Assembly: GCA_034521595.1 (NCBI GenBank)
Contig: JAXHMG010000003.1
Span: 1,664,001-1,728,000 of the forward strand
Length of the DNA stretch: 64,000 nt
DNA from: Gemmatimonadota bacterium
GTDB lineage: Bacteria; Gemmatimonadota; Gemmatimonadetes; Longimicrobiales; Gaopeijiaceae
Reading direction: 5' to 3'
Positions 12,059 through 22,361 of the stretch are shown here, one piece after another (position 1 is the stretch's first letter; each line of letters begins with the position of its first letter). A program made the translations under genes and the position numbers. A model generated the notes under the pieces. It was given only the letters and a program-made list of their open reading frames with translations, was not told the DNA's origin and did no database searches.

Positions 12059-13057
12059 CTACTCGCTCCCTTCCTGGCTCGAGCTACCGTCGTCCGGCCC
12101 CGCTATGGATTCTCGCATCGACGTGTCGGCCTCGACGTTCTTGTAGCGGACGAAATCCATCACGCCGAGATTCCCGTTCCGGAACGCTTCGGATATAGCC
12201 AAAGGCACCTCCGCCTCGGCCTTCACCACGTCGGCACGCCGCTCGACGACCAATGCCTTCATCTCCTGCTCCTGGGCGACCGCCATGGCACGGCGCTCCT
12301 CGGCACGGGCCTGCGCCACGCGCTTGTCCGCCTCGGCCTGGTCCGTCTGGAGCTCGGCCCCGATGTTCTTGCCCACGTCGACGTCGGCGATGTCGATCGA
12401 AAGAATCTCGAACGCCGTCCCTGAATCCAGACCCTTCTGGAGCACCCCCTTGGAGATGCCGTCTGGATTCTCCAGAACCGCTTTGTGCGAGTCGGCTGAA
12501 CCGATCGTGGAGACGATCCCCTCACCCACCCGAGCGAGGATGGTTTCCTCGCCGGCACCCCCGACGAGGCGGTTGATGTTCGCCCGCACGGTCACCCGCG
12601 CGATGGCGATCAGCTGGATGCCGTCCTTGGCCATGGCGGCCACCTTGGGCGTGTTGATCACCTTCGGATTCACCGAAAACTGCACGGCCTCGAAGACGTC
12701 GCGTCCGGCCAGGTCGATGGCCGCCGCCTGGTTGAAGCGGAGCTCGATGTTCGCCTTGTCCGCGCTGATGAGCGCCCCCACGACCCGGTCGACGCGCCCT
12801 CCGGCCAGATAGTGCGCTTCCAGCAAGTTGATATCGAGGTCGAGGCCCGCCTTCGTCGCCGTGATCAGGGGCCGCACCACGGCCGGTGGTGACACCTTCC
12901 GGAGCCGCATCCCGACCAACGATCCGATCCCGACCTTCACGCCGGCCGAGATCGCCTCGATCCACAAGCGCACCGGAATCGCCCACAGGACGATCAGGAG
13001 AAGGACGACGGCGCCGATCGCGAGGATGGCGTTGAGCGCGAGAATCTGGTCTTGCAT
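12059..13057 (-). CDS. floA: Flotillin-like protein FloA (YqfA/UPF0365)
   Basis: [32 protein letters not shown] and [15 protein letters not shown] motifs. Confidence 0.93.
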   Translation of the reverse strand: MQDQILALNAILAIGAVVLLLIVLWAIPVRLWIEAISAGVKVGIGSLVGMRLRKVSPPAVVRPLITATKAGLDLDINLLEAHYLAGGRVDRVVGALISADKANIELRFNQAAAIDLAGRDVFEAVQFSVNPKVINTPKVAAMAKDGIQLIAIARVTVRANINRLVGGAGEETILARVGEGIVSTIGSADSHKAVLENPDGISKGVLQKGLDSGTAFEILSIDIADVDVGKNIGAELQTDQAEADKRVAQARAEERRAMAVAQEQEMKALVVERRADVVKAEAEVPLAISEAFRNGNLGVMDFVRYKNVEADTSMRESIAGPDDGSSSQEGSE

Positions 13058-13059
13058 CG

Positions 13060-14478
13060 CTACTGACCTTCGGAAGAAGTGGTCGGATCGGGAGGAATCG
13101 TCGCCGGCGCGTGATCACTCGTGTCGGCTTCACGGACCACGTGCCGGTACCCCTCGGCGCTGATGATTCGGATGGGCGTGCCCGCCGTGATCCATGCGGA
13201 CTCCGAGACTACGTCGATACGCTGCTCGCCGAACAGCCCGGTGCCGGACGGTCTGAGGTCGGTCAAGGCCGTCCCTACCGAACCGACGAGCTCGGACCGC
13301 TGGTCGTCCGATTCGTATCCGGTGAAGCTCTCGGTCCGGTCGAGAAGGAAGATCCCGCTCTTCGCGAGCCTCGAGCTACGGGGAAGCGATCGGATCATCG
13401 CCCAGGACGTGACCAGGACGAGCAGCACGGTCGTGCTGAGCACGAGTCCGGCCCGCGCGAAGTCAGGGGTCGTGGGGAGGGATCCCAGCATGCTCATGAA
13501 GAGTCCCGCGAGCAAGCCGAGTCCTCCGAGCACCCCGAAGATTCCGAATCCCGGGACCACGAACGCTTCGATGCCCAGAAGCACCAGACCGGCCCCGAAG
13601 ACCAGCAGGTCCTCCATCCCCGCGAGCCCGACGATCAGGTGCGACCCGAAGAAGAGCGCCAGAGAGAGGATCCCCGCGGCTCCCGCGATGCCGAAGGACG
13701 GCGTCTTGATCTCGGTGATCAGCCCCAGGATCCCCAGAGTGAGGAGGAACGGAGCGATCACGGGATTCGAGAAGAAGCGCACCAGGCGCTCCGCCCAGTT
13801 GACTTCGGCGGTCACGACGGACGCCCCTCGGGCCTCCCGGACATCGAGAAGAGCGTCGAGGTCGTCGACTTGCTCGGCATAACCGATCCGAACGGCATCG
13901 TCCGTGGTGAGCGTGAGGAGCTTGCCGGCTTCGACCACCCCTTCCACGGCGATGTCTTCGTCCACCATCGCGGCGGCCACTTCCGGATCCAGACCCCGTT
14001 CCTCGGCGAGCGCGCGCATCTCGCTGCGCATGGCCGAGACGATCTTCTCGGAGGCCTTTTCGCCCGATCCGTCCACCGGGGTCGCGGCTCCGATGACCGC
14101 ACCGGGCCGCATGTAGATCCCGTCCGTGGCCAGCGCGATCAGGGCTCCGGCCGAGAAGGCACGTCGGTTGACCAGCGTATAGACGGGAACGTCGCTGTCA
14201 CGCAACGCGTCGGTGATCCGCTGGGCGGCATCCACGCGCCCTCCCGGCGTATCCATGTCGAGCACCACGAAGGCCGCCCCGGAAGCCTCCGCCTCGGCCA
14301 GGCTCCGTTCAATGAAGGGGGCGAGGCCGAGCTCGACGACACCGGTCACGGGAATCCGCACGACCGTGGCCGTTTCCTGCGCCGAACCCCCCGCCGGCGC
14401 CGCGGTCGCGACGACGACGAAGGCGAGCGCCACAGCGAGTCCGATACGAGCCGGACGTGCGGCCACCCGTCGAATCAT
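13060..14478 (-). CDS. nfeD: Long-form NfeD membrane-bound serine protease (YqeZ-like)
   Basis: DTPGG, AFSAGA and GKLLTLT ClpP-like motifs, multi-TM region, C-terminal OB fold (TDLRPSG). Start 14478 or 14490. Confidence 0.88.
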   Translation of the reverse strand: MIRRVAARPARIGLAVALAFVVVATAAPAGGSAQETATVVRIPVTGVVELGLAPFIERSLAEAEASGAAFVVLDMDTPGGRVDAAQRITDALRDSDVPVYTLVNRRAFSAGALIALATDGIYMRPGAVIGAATPVDGSGEKASEKIVSAMRSEMRALAEERGLDPEVAAAMVDEDIAVEGVVEAGKLLTLTTDDAVRIGYAEQVDDLDALLDVREARGASVVTAEVNWAERLVRFFSNPVIAPFLLTLGILGLITEIKTPSFGIAGAAGILSLALFFGSHLIVGLAGMEDLLVFGAGLVLLGIEAFVVPGFGIFGVLGGLGLLAGLFMSMLGSLPTTPDFARAGLVLSTTVLLVLVTSWAMIRSLPRSSRLAKSGIFLLDRTESFTGYESDDQRSELVGSVGTALTDLRPSGTGLFGEQRIDVVSESAWITAGTPIRIISAEGYRHVVREADTSDHAPATIPPDPTTSSEGQ

Positions 14479-14543
14479 GGGAGCATCCATTGCCTGAAAG
14501 GTACGTCCGAACTGCATGTGCACCAGACCGGGGGGGCGTTCGC

Positions 14544-14573
14544 TTGACCCCGGCAGGGCGCTCCGGGTAACCT
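14544..14573 (+). promoter_or_regulatory. Sigma70-type promoter for the crotonase/thiolase cluster
   Basis: TTGACC-N18-TAACCT in the divergent intergenic region. Confidence 0.5.
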
Positions 14574-14673
14574 TTTGCGTCTCACTCGGCGTAACGGAAC
14601 TCCCCGGGAGGGCCGTGTATACGGGGCTTCGTCACGGCAGCAGACTCGATCCAGACTCCAGAGGAAAGCCCAG

Positions 14674-15474
14674 ATGTCCGACAAGGTACTGGTCCATTAC
14701 GAGGTGCGGGGCAAGGTCGCGCTCCTGACCCTCGACGACCCCCCCGCCAACACGTACACGCACGAGATGATGCGCCAGATCGACGAGGCGGTCGTCAAGG
14801 CGCGGTTCGACAAGGACGTGGAGGTGATCGTCCTTACGGGTGCGGGCGACAAGTTCTTCTGCGCGGGCGCGAACATCGGCATGCTGTCCGAGGCCGATCC
14901 CGACTGGAAGTACTGCTTCTGCCTCCACGCGAACGAGACCCTCAACCGGCTCGAGCACACGCCGAAGCTCGTCATCGCAGCGCTGAACGGGCACACCGTG
15001 GGCGGTGGGCTCGAGATCGCCATGGCCGCGGACATCCGGATCGCTCGGAAGGACTCCGGAAAGGTCGGCCTCCCCGAGGTCGCGCTCGGCGTTCTCCCGG
15101 GCACCGGCGGCACGCAGCGCTTGGTCCGCTTGGTGGGCAAGCCCAATGCGATTCAGCTCATGGCCGAGGGCTCGACGTTCGACTTCGGCAGAGCTCAGGA
15201 GCTGGGGCTGGTGAACACGATTCTCGACGTCGAGGACCGTGACGCGTTCCTGGACGCAGTCCTGGAGTACGCCGGGCAATTCACGACCCCGGACAAGGCC
15301 ACCAAGGCGGTCGGCTTCATCAAGCGTTCCGTGCAGACCGGAGCCGAGATGCCCTTCGAGCTGGCGCTCACGCTCGAGCGTGAGCTTCAGGCTCAGCTTT
15401 TCGCCAGCACCGACGCGAAGGAAGGGCTCGACGCATACGTCGACAAGCGGAAGCCCGAGTTCAAGGGCAAATAA
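14674..15474 (+). CDS. Enoyl-CoA hydratase/isomerase (crotonase family)
   Basis: FCAGANI, GGGLE and GLPEVALGVLPGTGGTQRL motifs; GAGG RBS before ATG 14674. Confidence 0.9.
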   Translation: MSDKVLVHYEVRGKVALLTLDDPPANTYTHEMMRQIDEAVVKARFDKDVEVIVLTGAGDKFFCAGANIGMLSEADPDWKYCFCLHANETLNRLEHTPKLVIAALNGHTVGGGLEIAMAADIRIARKDSGKVGLPEVALGVLPGTGGTQRLVRLVGKPNAIQLMAEGSTFDFGRAQELGLVNTILDVEDRDAFLDAVLEYAGQFTTPDKATKAVGFIKRSVQTGAEMPFELALTLERELQAQLFASTDAKEGLDAYVDKRKPEFKGK

Positions 15475-15493
15475 GCTCGTGATAGAGCATGGT

Positions 15494-15530
15494 GCGGGGT
15501 CCGGAAGCAGCTTCCGGGCCCCGCTTTTTT
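15494..15530 (+). terminator. Intrinsic terminator
   Basis: Stem GCGGGGTCCGGAAG / CTTCCGGGCCCCGC followed by TTTTTT. Confidence 0.85.
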
Positions 15531-15552
15531 GCGATCTGGTGGAGAAACCCAT

Positions 15553-16749
15553 ATGCGGGAAGCATGGATCATCGATGCGGTGCGGACGCCGATCGGACGA
15601 CACGGAGGCGCGCTCGCTCCGGTCAGGCCTGACGACCTCGCAGCGCTGACGATCACGGAGTTGGTGGAGCGCTCGGGCATCGATCCACACGTCCTGGACG
15701 ACGTGATCTTCGGTTGCACCAACCAAGCGGGTGAGGACAACCGCAACGTAGCCCGGATGGCGCTGCTGCGCGCGGACCTTCCCGTCACCGTGCCGGGCCA
15801 GACGGTGAATCGCTTGTGCGGCTCGGGAATGCAGGCCGTCGCGTCGGCCTTCCAGGCGATCCGCGCCGGTGAGGGGGACGCCTTCGTCGTGGGTGGGGTC
15901 GAAACCATGAGCCGCGCGCCCTGGGTCATGCTCAAACCAGAACGAGCCTATCCCCGAGGAGCCCCCGAGACGGCCGACACCGTGCTCGGCTGGCGATTTC
16001 CCAATCCAGCCTTCGTTCCGGAATGGACGATCGGGCTGGGCGAGACGGCCGAAGTCGTCGCGGAAGAGTTCGACGTAACCCGGGAGGAGCAGGACGCGTT
16101 CGCGGCCGAGAGTCAGCGACGAGCCGCCGCCGCCATGGAAGAAGGCCGTTTCGACGAAGAGCTGGTGCCGGTGACCGTACCCGTCCGTAAGGGGGATCCG
16201 GTGGTGGTGGACCGTGACGAGCATCCCCGGGCCGGTACGACCGTGGAGGCGTTGAGCCGACTCCGTCCCGTCTTCAAGAAGGGCGGCTCGGTGACAGCCG
16301 GAAATTCCTCGGGGATCAATGACGGAGCGGCGGGCCTGCTCATGGTTTCCGCCGAACGCGGCGAAGCCCTCGGACTCGAGCCCATGGCACGCGTCGTGGC
16401 GAGCGCCGTGGCTGGTGTGGAGCCCCACCGTATGGGCGTCGGCCCGATCCCCGCCACGCGCGGGGCACTCGCCCGAGCCGGATGGACGGCTTCGGACCTC
16501 GACCTCGTCGAGCTGAACGAAGCGTTCGCGGCCCAGGCCCTTCCCTGCATGCGGGAGCTGGATCTCGACCCCGAGTCGGTCAACGTGAATGGCGGGGCGA
16601 TCGCGCTCGGGCACCCCGTCGGATGCTCCGGGGCCCGGATCGTGGTCACCCTCTTGCACGAGATGAAGCGACGAGGTGCCCGCAAGGGGCTGGCATCGAT
16701 GTGCATTGGAGTCGGACAGGGAATCGCTACGCTGTGGGAGGTCGCATGA
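15553..16749 (+). CDS. Acetyl-CoA C-acyltransferase, PaaJ/PcaF (3-oxoadipyl-CoA thiolase)-like
   Basis: [30 protein letters not shown] and MCIGVGQG motifs. Confidence 0.9.
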   Translation: MREAWIIDAVRTPIGRHGGALAPVRPDDLAALTITELVERSGIDPHVLDDVIFGCTNQAGEDNRNVARMALLRADLPVTVPGQTVNRLCGSGMQAVASAFQAIRAGEGDAFVVGGVETMSRAPWVMLKPERAYPRGAPETADTVLGWRFPNPAFVPEWTIGLGETAEVVAEEFDVTREEQDAFAAESQRRAAAAMEEGRFDEELVPVTVPVRKGDPVVVDRDEHPRAGTTVEALSRLRPVFKKGGSVTAGNSSGINDGAAGLLMVSAERGEALGLEPMARVVASAVAGVEPHRMGVGPIPATRGALARAGWTASDLDLVELNEAFAAQALPCMRELDLDPESVNVNGGAIALGHPVGCSGARIVVTLLHEMKRRGARKGLASMCIGVGQGIATLWEVA

Positions 16750-17600
16750 GAAACATCGACAACGTCGCCGTCGTCGGAGCCGGAACCATGGGCCACGGAA
16801 TCGCCCAGGTGTGCGCGGCAGCCGGCTGCGACGTTCGCCTCTACGACGTGAACGAGGAAGCCGTCGAGCAGGGCACGGCCCGGATCCGTGCGAACCTCGA
16901 GAAAGGCATCGATCGCGGGAAGGTTACGGAGGACGAGCGGGACCGGGTCCTCGAACACCTGTCCACGACGACGGACCTGACCGACGCGGCGGCCGGCGCC
17001 GACCTCGTCGTCGAAGCCGCGCCCGAGTCGATGGACCTCAAGGAGCGGATCTTTCGCGAGGTCGCGACCGCCGCCCCGGACGACGCTCTGCTCGCGAGCA
17101 ACACGTCATCGCTCTCCATCGGGCGAATCGCCCAAGCCGTTCCCCGTCCGGAACGATTTCTGGGCATGCACTTCTTCAACCCGGTTCACATCATGGCCCT
17201 GGTGGAGGTGGTCTGGGGACCCGAAACCGGAGACGAGGCCCGTGACGCGGTCGTGGACTTCGCTCGTCGCTTGGGCAAGGAACCCATCGTCGTGAAAGAC
17301 GCGCCCGGCTTCGCCTCCTCCAGGTTGGGCGTCGTGCTGGGCCTCGAGGCGATCCGGATGGTCGAGCAAGGCGTGGCGACCGCCGAGGACATCGACAAGG
17401 CCATGGAGCTCGGTTACCGCCATCCCATGGGTCCGCTCAAGCTCACCGATCTCATCGGCCTCGACGTGCGGCTCGGGATCGCCGAATATCTGCACGAGAC
17501 ACTCGCGTCAGAGGCGTTCGCCCCGCCCGAGCTTCTGCGCCGCATGGTTTCGGAGGAGAAGCTGGGGAAGAAGACTGGCCAGGGCTTCTACACTTGGTAG
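16746..17600 (+). CDS. 3-hydroxyacyl-CoA dehydrogenase
   Basis: GAGTMGHG Rossmann motif, SNTSS, HFFNP, PMGP and [14 protein letters not shown] overlap with the thiolase stop. Confidence 0.92.
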   Translation: MRNIDNVAVVGAGTMGHGIAQVCAAAGCDVRLYDVNEEAVEQGTARIRANLEKGIDRGKVTEDERDRVLEHLSTTTDLTDAAAGADLVVEAAPESMDLKERIFREVATAAPDDALLASNTSSLSIGRIAQAVPRPERFLGMHFFNPVHIMALVEVVWGPETGDEARDAVVDFARRLGKEPIVVKDAPGFASSRLGVVLGLEAIRMVEQGVATAEDIDKAMELGYRHPMGPLKLTDLIGLDVRLGIAEYLHETLASEAFAPPELLRRMVSEEKLGKKTGQGFYTW

Positions 17601-17622
17601 CCGGATATAAGGACACGACCTC

Positions 17623-18405
17623 ATGAGCGAATCACCCGTTCTGCTGAAGAAGCGACCCGACCACATCGCGGTCGTCACACTGAATCGACCGGAGAAGCTC
17701 AACGCCCTGAACGCGGATGTCCGCGCGCGGCTCAAGGAGTTGTTCGCCGAGCTTCGGGACGACGAAGATGTCCGAGCCGTGGTCATCCACGGTGCGGGCG
17801 AGAAGGCTTTCGTGGCGGGTGCTGATGTCACGGAGTTCGCTGCACGAACCGCTGACGAACAACGGGAGATCTACCGCCAACCTCGCATCTATGAAGCGGT
17901 CGCGGATTTCCCGAAACCGGTCATCGCCGCGCTACACGGGTTCTGCATCGGAGGCGGGTCGGAGCTCGCACTGGCCTGTGACATCCGCGTAGCCGACAGA
18001 AGCACCCAGATCAGCCAGGCGGAAGTTCGTATCGGTCTGATTCCCGGCGGAGGAGGCACCCAGCGGCTGGCCCGGTTGGTCGGACGGGGATGGGCCACGA
18101 TCATCTCGCTCACCGGGGACTTCGTGGAGGCCGAGGAAGCACACCGGATCGGGCTCGTCGATATCCTGGTCGACGAGGGTGAGCACCTCGAGCGTGCGCT
18201 CGAGCTCGCAGGCCGGATGACTCGGTGGAGCCCCGTTTCGCTCCGCCTCGGCAAGGAAGCGATCCGAGCCGCGTTCGAGAAGCCCCTCGCGGAGGGGCTC
18301 GAACACGAAAAGGAGCTATTCCTGGAAGCTTTCGCCTCCGAGGACGGCCGGGAAGGTGTTCGAGCCTTCGTGGAGAAGCGCAAGCCCGAGTTCAAAGGAA
18401 GGTAG
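17623..18405 (+). CDS. Enoyl-CoA hydratase (PaaF/Crt-like)
   Basis: NRPEKLNAL, AFVAGAD, GGGSE and EVRIGLIPGGGGTQRL motifs. Confidence 0.9.
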   Translation: MSESPVLLKKRPDHIAVVTLNRPEKLNALNADVRARLKELFAELRDDEDVRAVVIHGAGEKAFVAGADVTEFAARTADEQREIYRQPRIYEAVADFPKPVIAALHGFCIGGGSELALACDIRVADRSTQISQAEVRIGLIPGGGGTQRLARLVGRGWATIISLTGDFVEAEEAHRIGLVDILVDEGEHLERALELAGRMTRWSPVSLRLGKEAIRAAFEKPLAEGLEHEKELFLEAFASEDGREGVRAFVEKRKPEFKGR

Positions 18406-18412
18406 TTCCACC

Positions 18413-18724
18413 ATGGCCGAAGACCGCGCCGCGCTCGACCGCCTCCGTGACCGCATTCACAGACTCGACCGCGAGCTGGTGACGCTCATCGCGGAGCGCC
18501 GGAGTCTCGTGTTGGAGATCGGCGGCCTCAAAGAATCCCTCGGGCTTCCCGTCCTGGACCCGCCCCAAGAGGCGAAAGTCGTCCGCCGCGCAGCCCAGAT
18601 CGCGCGTGAGGCGGGAACCGACGAAGAGTTGGTTCGGGACGTCCTCTGGCGCATCATCGCGTCCGCCCGATCCGAGCAGGAGGGGCGGACCCAATGGGGC
18701 CCGCCCCCCACACCGACGGATTGA
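18413..18724 (+). CDS. Chorismate mutase (AroQ, type II)
   Basis: LDRLRDRIHRLDRELVTLIAERR..IGGLK..LPVLDPPQE pattern. Confidence 0.85.
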   Translation: MAEDRAALDRLRDRIHRLDRELVTLIAERRSLVLEIGGLKESLGLPVLDPPQEAKVVRRAAQIAREAGTDEELVRDVLWRIIASARSEQEGRTQWGPPPTPTD

Positions 18725-18727
18725 GCC

Positions 18728-19768
18728 CTACTCGGCCGCGTCCCGCTGGCTTGCCTCGACCGCCAGGGACGCGACGACCTGCGGTGACGCTCCGACCGGC
18801 ACGCGTACACCGTAGAGCTCCCCTGGTGGAGTGATCTGCTTGGTCAGATGCGGGTTCAGATTCCGCAAGACGTCGGGATGAATACCGAGGACCTCCGCGA
18901 TCCGGGATAGGTACGTGCCCCCAGGAACGAACACGCGGTCGAACATGTACGGCTCCGCCCGGGAAACGGCGAATCCGAAGCTGTCAGCCCCCTTCGCCAG
19001 GATGGTCGCCGCCACGATTCTCGGTACGTACTCCCGAGTCTCCGCGGGAAGGTAATCCAAGACCTCCCAGTACAGATCCTCATCACCCGTGCGACCGTCC
19101 GCATGCTGACCGAGAATCCGGTGAACTCGACTGGGACCCGCGTTGTATGCGGCCGCGGCCAGGTACCACGAGTCGAACCGTCCGTGGAGCCACTCGATAT
19201 AGTCGAGCGCTGCTTCCGTGGCTCGGACGGGGTCACGGCGCTCGTCCACATACTCGTCCACGCGGAGTCCGTACTCGATGGCCGTGGGACTCATGAACTG
19301 CCACATCCCCACGGCCGAAACCTGGGACACCGCCCACGGCGAGAGCCCCGACTCCATCATGGCCAAATACACGAGCTCCTCGGGCATGCCTCGCTCTCGC
19401 AACGCGTTGCGAATGAGCTCGTCGTAGACCCCTGAACGTTCGAGCACACGAGCAAATTCCGGGCGACCCGTCGTCTGAAAGCGACGCAGCCACTTCTCGA
19501 CACGCTCGTTCACGTGCAGCGGGAGCTCGGCGCCCACGGTCCGTACCGAATCCTCGGATACGACGGGATCCGGCCGGGATTCCTCGGAATCCGGGCGGAG
19601 GCTCGGGAGAAACGGCGCTACGAGCAGTGGGGCCAACCACCACCCATGGGTCGACACCAACCGACCCAAAGACTCCGAACGGGAGTCCGATCTATCGACA
19701 CGAGCAGGTTGCTCGCGAAGGTTCCGGGTAGACATCGTCCACCTCCTTCTCTTGTCGTCCCACGCCAT
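18728..19768 (-). CDS. Lytic transglycosylase (MltD-like SLT domain plus degenerate LysM)
   Basis: MESG catalytic Glu, AVGMWQFM, DERRDP, AAYNAG, ETREYVP and LRNLNP motifs. Confidence 0.9.
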   Translation of the reverse strand: MAWDDKRRRWTMSTRNLREQPARVDRSDSRSESLGRLVSTHGWWLAPLLVAPFLPSLRPDSEESRPDPVVSEDSVRTVGAELPLHVNERVEKWLRRFQTTGRPEFARVLERSGVYDELIRNALRERGMPEELVYLAMMESGLSPWAVSQVSAVGMWQFMSPTAIEYGLRVDEYVDERRDPVRATEAALDYIEWLHGRFDSWYLAAAAYNAGPSRVHRILGQHADGRTGDEDLYWEVLDYLPAETREYVPRIVAATILAKGADSFGFAVSRAEPYMFDRVFVPGGTYLSRIAEVLGIHPDVLRNLNPHLTKQITPPGELYGVRVPVGASPQVVASLAVEASQRDAAE

Positions 19769-19863
19769 CCTAACCTACGGAGTGCTCGATCCGAAAGTTG
19801 CGAACGAGCCTCCTGGATGCGCAGAAACGTCTCGAGCGCGCAAACCTCACGCGCGTATGCGAA

Positions 19864-19905
19864 GAGGTCCGGTCGACGGGCATCAATGCCGTCGATCCGG
19901 ACCTC
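19864..19905 (-). terminator. Long stem-loop downstream of rpmA (probable terminator or stabiliser)
   Basis: GAGGTCCGG-TCGACGG...CCGTCGA-T-CCGGACCTC imperfect inverted repeat; U-tract is weak. Confidence 0.5.
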
Positions 19906-19923
19906 ATCTCGCGTTGCTGCGGG

Positions 19924-20178
19924 CTACTCCGTGGGGTAAACCGACACCACGTTGCGAGCCCGCATCCTTTCGAACTTCACTACGCCGTCCACCAGCGAGA
20001 AGAGCGTGTCGTCCTTACCCTTGCCGACATTACGGCCGGGATGCACACGAGTTCCCCGTTGACGCACGACGATCCCTCCGGCACGAACCGGCTGTCCCCC
20101 GAAGCGTTTGACACCCAACCGCTTCGGGTTGCTGTCGCGTCCATTGCGACTGGATCCTACACCTTTCTTGTGAGCCAT
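19924..20178 (-). CDS. rpmA: 50S ribosomal protein L27
   Basis: [21 protein letters not shown] signature. Confidence 0.99.
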   Translation of the reverse strand: MAHKKGVGSSRNGRDSNPKRLGVKRFGGQPVRAGGIVVRQRGTRVHPGRNVGKGKDDTLFSLVDGVVKFERMRARNVVSVYPTE

Positions 20179-20214
20179 GGTGCTCTCGCTTCCTGGAAGA
20201 CGATCACCCGCCGC

Positions 20215-20532
20215 TCAGACGAGGGCGACCTCGTCGATCCTGATCTCGGTGAAGCCCTGCCGGTGACCCTGCTTCTTACGGTAGCCTTTCCGACGCTTCC
20301 GCTTGAAGACGATCACCTTGTCGTCCCGTCCATGGCGGACGACCTCGGCTTTGACCGAAGCACCGTCCACGACGGGGGTTCCGACCTGTACCTGCTCTTC
20401 ACCGTCTCCGGCGAGCAGCACCTGGTCGAATGTCACCGCACTTCCGGGCTCCACGTCGAGTGAAGGAATACGCAGACGCGCTCCGGGCTCCGCCCGAAAC
20501 TGCTTGCCACCGGTTTCGAAAACTGCGTACAT
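20215..20532 (-). CDS. rplU: 50S ribosomal protein L21
   Basis: MYAVFETGGKQ..GHRQGFT signature; adjacent to rpmA. Confidence 0.99.
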   Translation of the reverse strand: MYAVFETGGKQFRAEPGARLRIPSLDVEPGSAVTFDQVLLAGDGEEQVQVGTPVVDGASVKAEVVRHGRDDKVIVFKRKRRKGYRKKQGHRQGFTEIRIDEVALV

Positions 20533-20617
20533 ACGAACGTCTCACTTGAGCTCGGAAGGTCGTGTTCTAGCCTTATAATTTTGGCAAGATTTCAGCGCCG
20601 GTCAAGTCAACGCGGCG

Positions 20618-22177
20618 TTATATGGTTACGTATTTGTCCGTAACGTCGGTCTCGGCGGGTCCTGAGAGAAGCCGGAACTCGTCGAAGCGCATGAGCGGAT
20701 CGTCACGAAGGTCGAGCTCCAGCTTCGTCCGAGCACGCAGGCGCTTCAGGAACTCCGGTTCCTCCTCGAACACACGCAACGCAACCTCGGGGTGCACCCG
20801 TACCACGATACGCTTTTCGTCCTTCGACGCACCCGCCCGTCCCAGGCTCCGCTCGATCCGGCGCACTACCGTGGCCGGCGTGTAGACGCGCCCGGAGCCT
20901 CCGCAGGACGTACATGTACGGGTCAACGAGTTGAAGAGGGACGGCCGCACACGCTGACGCGTCATCTCGACGAGGCCGAGGTCCGAGATCTCGAACGTTT
21001 TCGTCCGGGCTCGGTCACGCCCGAGATGAGTGCGCAGTTCCTGCAGCACCTTGTCGCGGTGCTGCTGCGACTCCATGTCGATGAAGTCGACGACGATGAT
21101 GCCCCCCACGTCGCGAAGCCGCAGCTGCTTCGCGATCTCTCGCGCGGCATCCATGTTGGTCTTGAGGATCGTCTCGTCGGGATCCTTCTTGCCCTTCCCC
21201 GTGAACTTTCCCGTGTTCACATCGATCGACACCAATGCTTCCGTGGGCTCGATGACGACGTGGCCTCCGGATTTCAGTGGCACCGTGCTCTTGAAGGCCC
21301 GCTGAATCTCCTCTTCAATGTCGTACTCGTCGAAGAGGGGCACGGAGCCTTGGTGAAGGTGCACGCGGTCGAGTAGCTCCGGATCAACCGTCTGTACGTA
21401 GTCGACGACCTCATCGTAGATCGCCTTGGAATCCACCCGGAGGGCTTCGAACTTGTCGCTGAAGAGGTCGCGGATCACCCCGCTTATGAGCTTCGCGTCC
21501 TGGTGCACGGGCACGGGCGGCTTCTGCGACTTCGCCCGGTTCTGGATCTTCTTCCAGCGGCTGCTCAGCCGGTCGAAATCCTTTTGCAGGATCTCCTTGG
21601 TGACCTCTTCACTCACCGTTCGAACGATGATGCCGCCCGCGTCCTCCGGAAGGATGTCCCGGGCCATTTTTCTGAGCTTCGCGCGCTGCTCCCGCCCTTC
21701 GATCTTCCGGCTGACGCCCACGTGCGCGGAAAACGGCATGTACACCAGGAACCGCCCAGGCAGGGAAACCTGCGCGGTGAGCCGGGGGCCCTTGCTGCTG
21801 ATGGGCTCCTTGGTCACCTGGACGAGGATTTCCTGACCCTTTCGGAGACTCTCCTGGATCGGAGGAAGGTTGCGGTTCCGGCCTCGTCGTCCGCCGCCGT
21901 TCTCCTTACCGTTCCCGTTTCCGCTTTCGTCCTCGTCCGGATCTTCGTCGTCGTAGTTCAGATCCGAGACGTGCAGAAAGCCCGCTCTTTCGGTTCCGAT
22001 GTCGACGAACGCCGCCTGGATGCCGGGAAGTACCGCCTCGACCCTCCCCAAGAATATGTCTCCGACCACCCGGCTCTGGTCGGGTCGGTCGAGCATGACC
22101 TCGGCCAACTGATTGTCTTCGAGCAGCGCCACCCAGGACTCCTCGGGCGTCGCGCTCACGAGGATTTCTCTCCTCAA
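20618..22177 (-). CDS. rng: Ribonuclease E/G family (RNase G-sized)
   Basis: S1 domain (QAAFVDIG, VQVTKEP), IDVNTG, GGIIVVDFIDM and CxxCxGxG motifs; no long C-terminal scaffold. TTG start with GGAG RBS. Confidence 0.93.
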   Translation of the reverse strand: MRREILVSATPEESWVALLEDNQLAEVMLDRPDQSRVVGDIFLGRVEAVLPGIQAAFVDIGTERAGFLHVSDLNYDDEDPDEDESGNGNGKENGGGRRGRNRNLPPIQESLRKGQEILVQVTKEPISSKGPRLTAQVSLPGRFLVYMPFSAHVGVSRKIEGREQRAKLRKMARDILPEDAGGIIVRTVSEEVTKEILQKDFDRLSSRWKKIQNRAKSQKPPVPVHQDAKLISGVIRDLFSDKFEALRVDSKAIYDEVVDYVQTVDPELLDRVHLHQGSVPLFDEYDIEEEIQRAFKSTVPLKSGGHVVIEPTEALVSIDVNTGKFTGKGKKDPDETILKTNMDAAREIAKQLRLRDVGGIIVVDFIDMESQQHRDKVLQELRTHLGRDRARTKTFEISDLGLVEMTRQRVRPSLFNSLTRTCTSCGGSGRVYTPATVVRRIERSLGRAGASKDEKRIVVRVHPEVALRVFEEEPEFLKRLRARTKLELDLRDDPLMRFDEFRLLSGPAETDVTDKYVTI

Positions 22178-22361
22178 TGCAAGCTCCAATGTTGAGCACC
22201 GGGCCGCTCACCCTCGACGGCACCCCGTACGTCCCGGACTCGCCCACCACCGACTGTGGCACGACGAATCAGGCGACCACGAAGCACCCGCCGTTCTCGG
22301 GCCGGCCACCGGCATCGCACCGGCAAACGGACGACGCACGACGAGCCGCGCGACCCGACGA

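Noticed and set aside
15440-18405. Similar 3' ends of the two crotonase genes (KRKPEFKG)
   Set aside because: A conserved family C-terminal motif, not a DNA repeat element or recent duplication.
17600-20000. Apparent slight rise in A/T-ending codons suggesting horizontal transfer
   Set aside because: Impression by eye only, not quantified; the genes are housekeeping-type with no mobility signatures.
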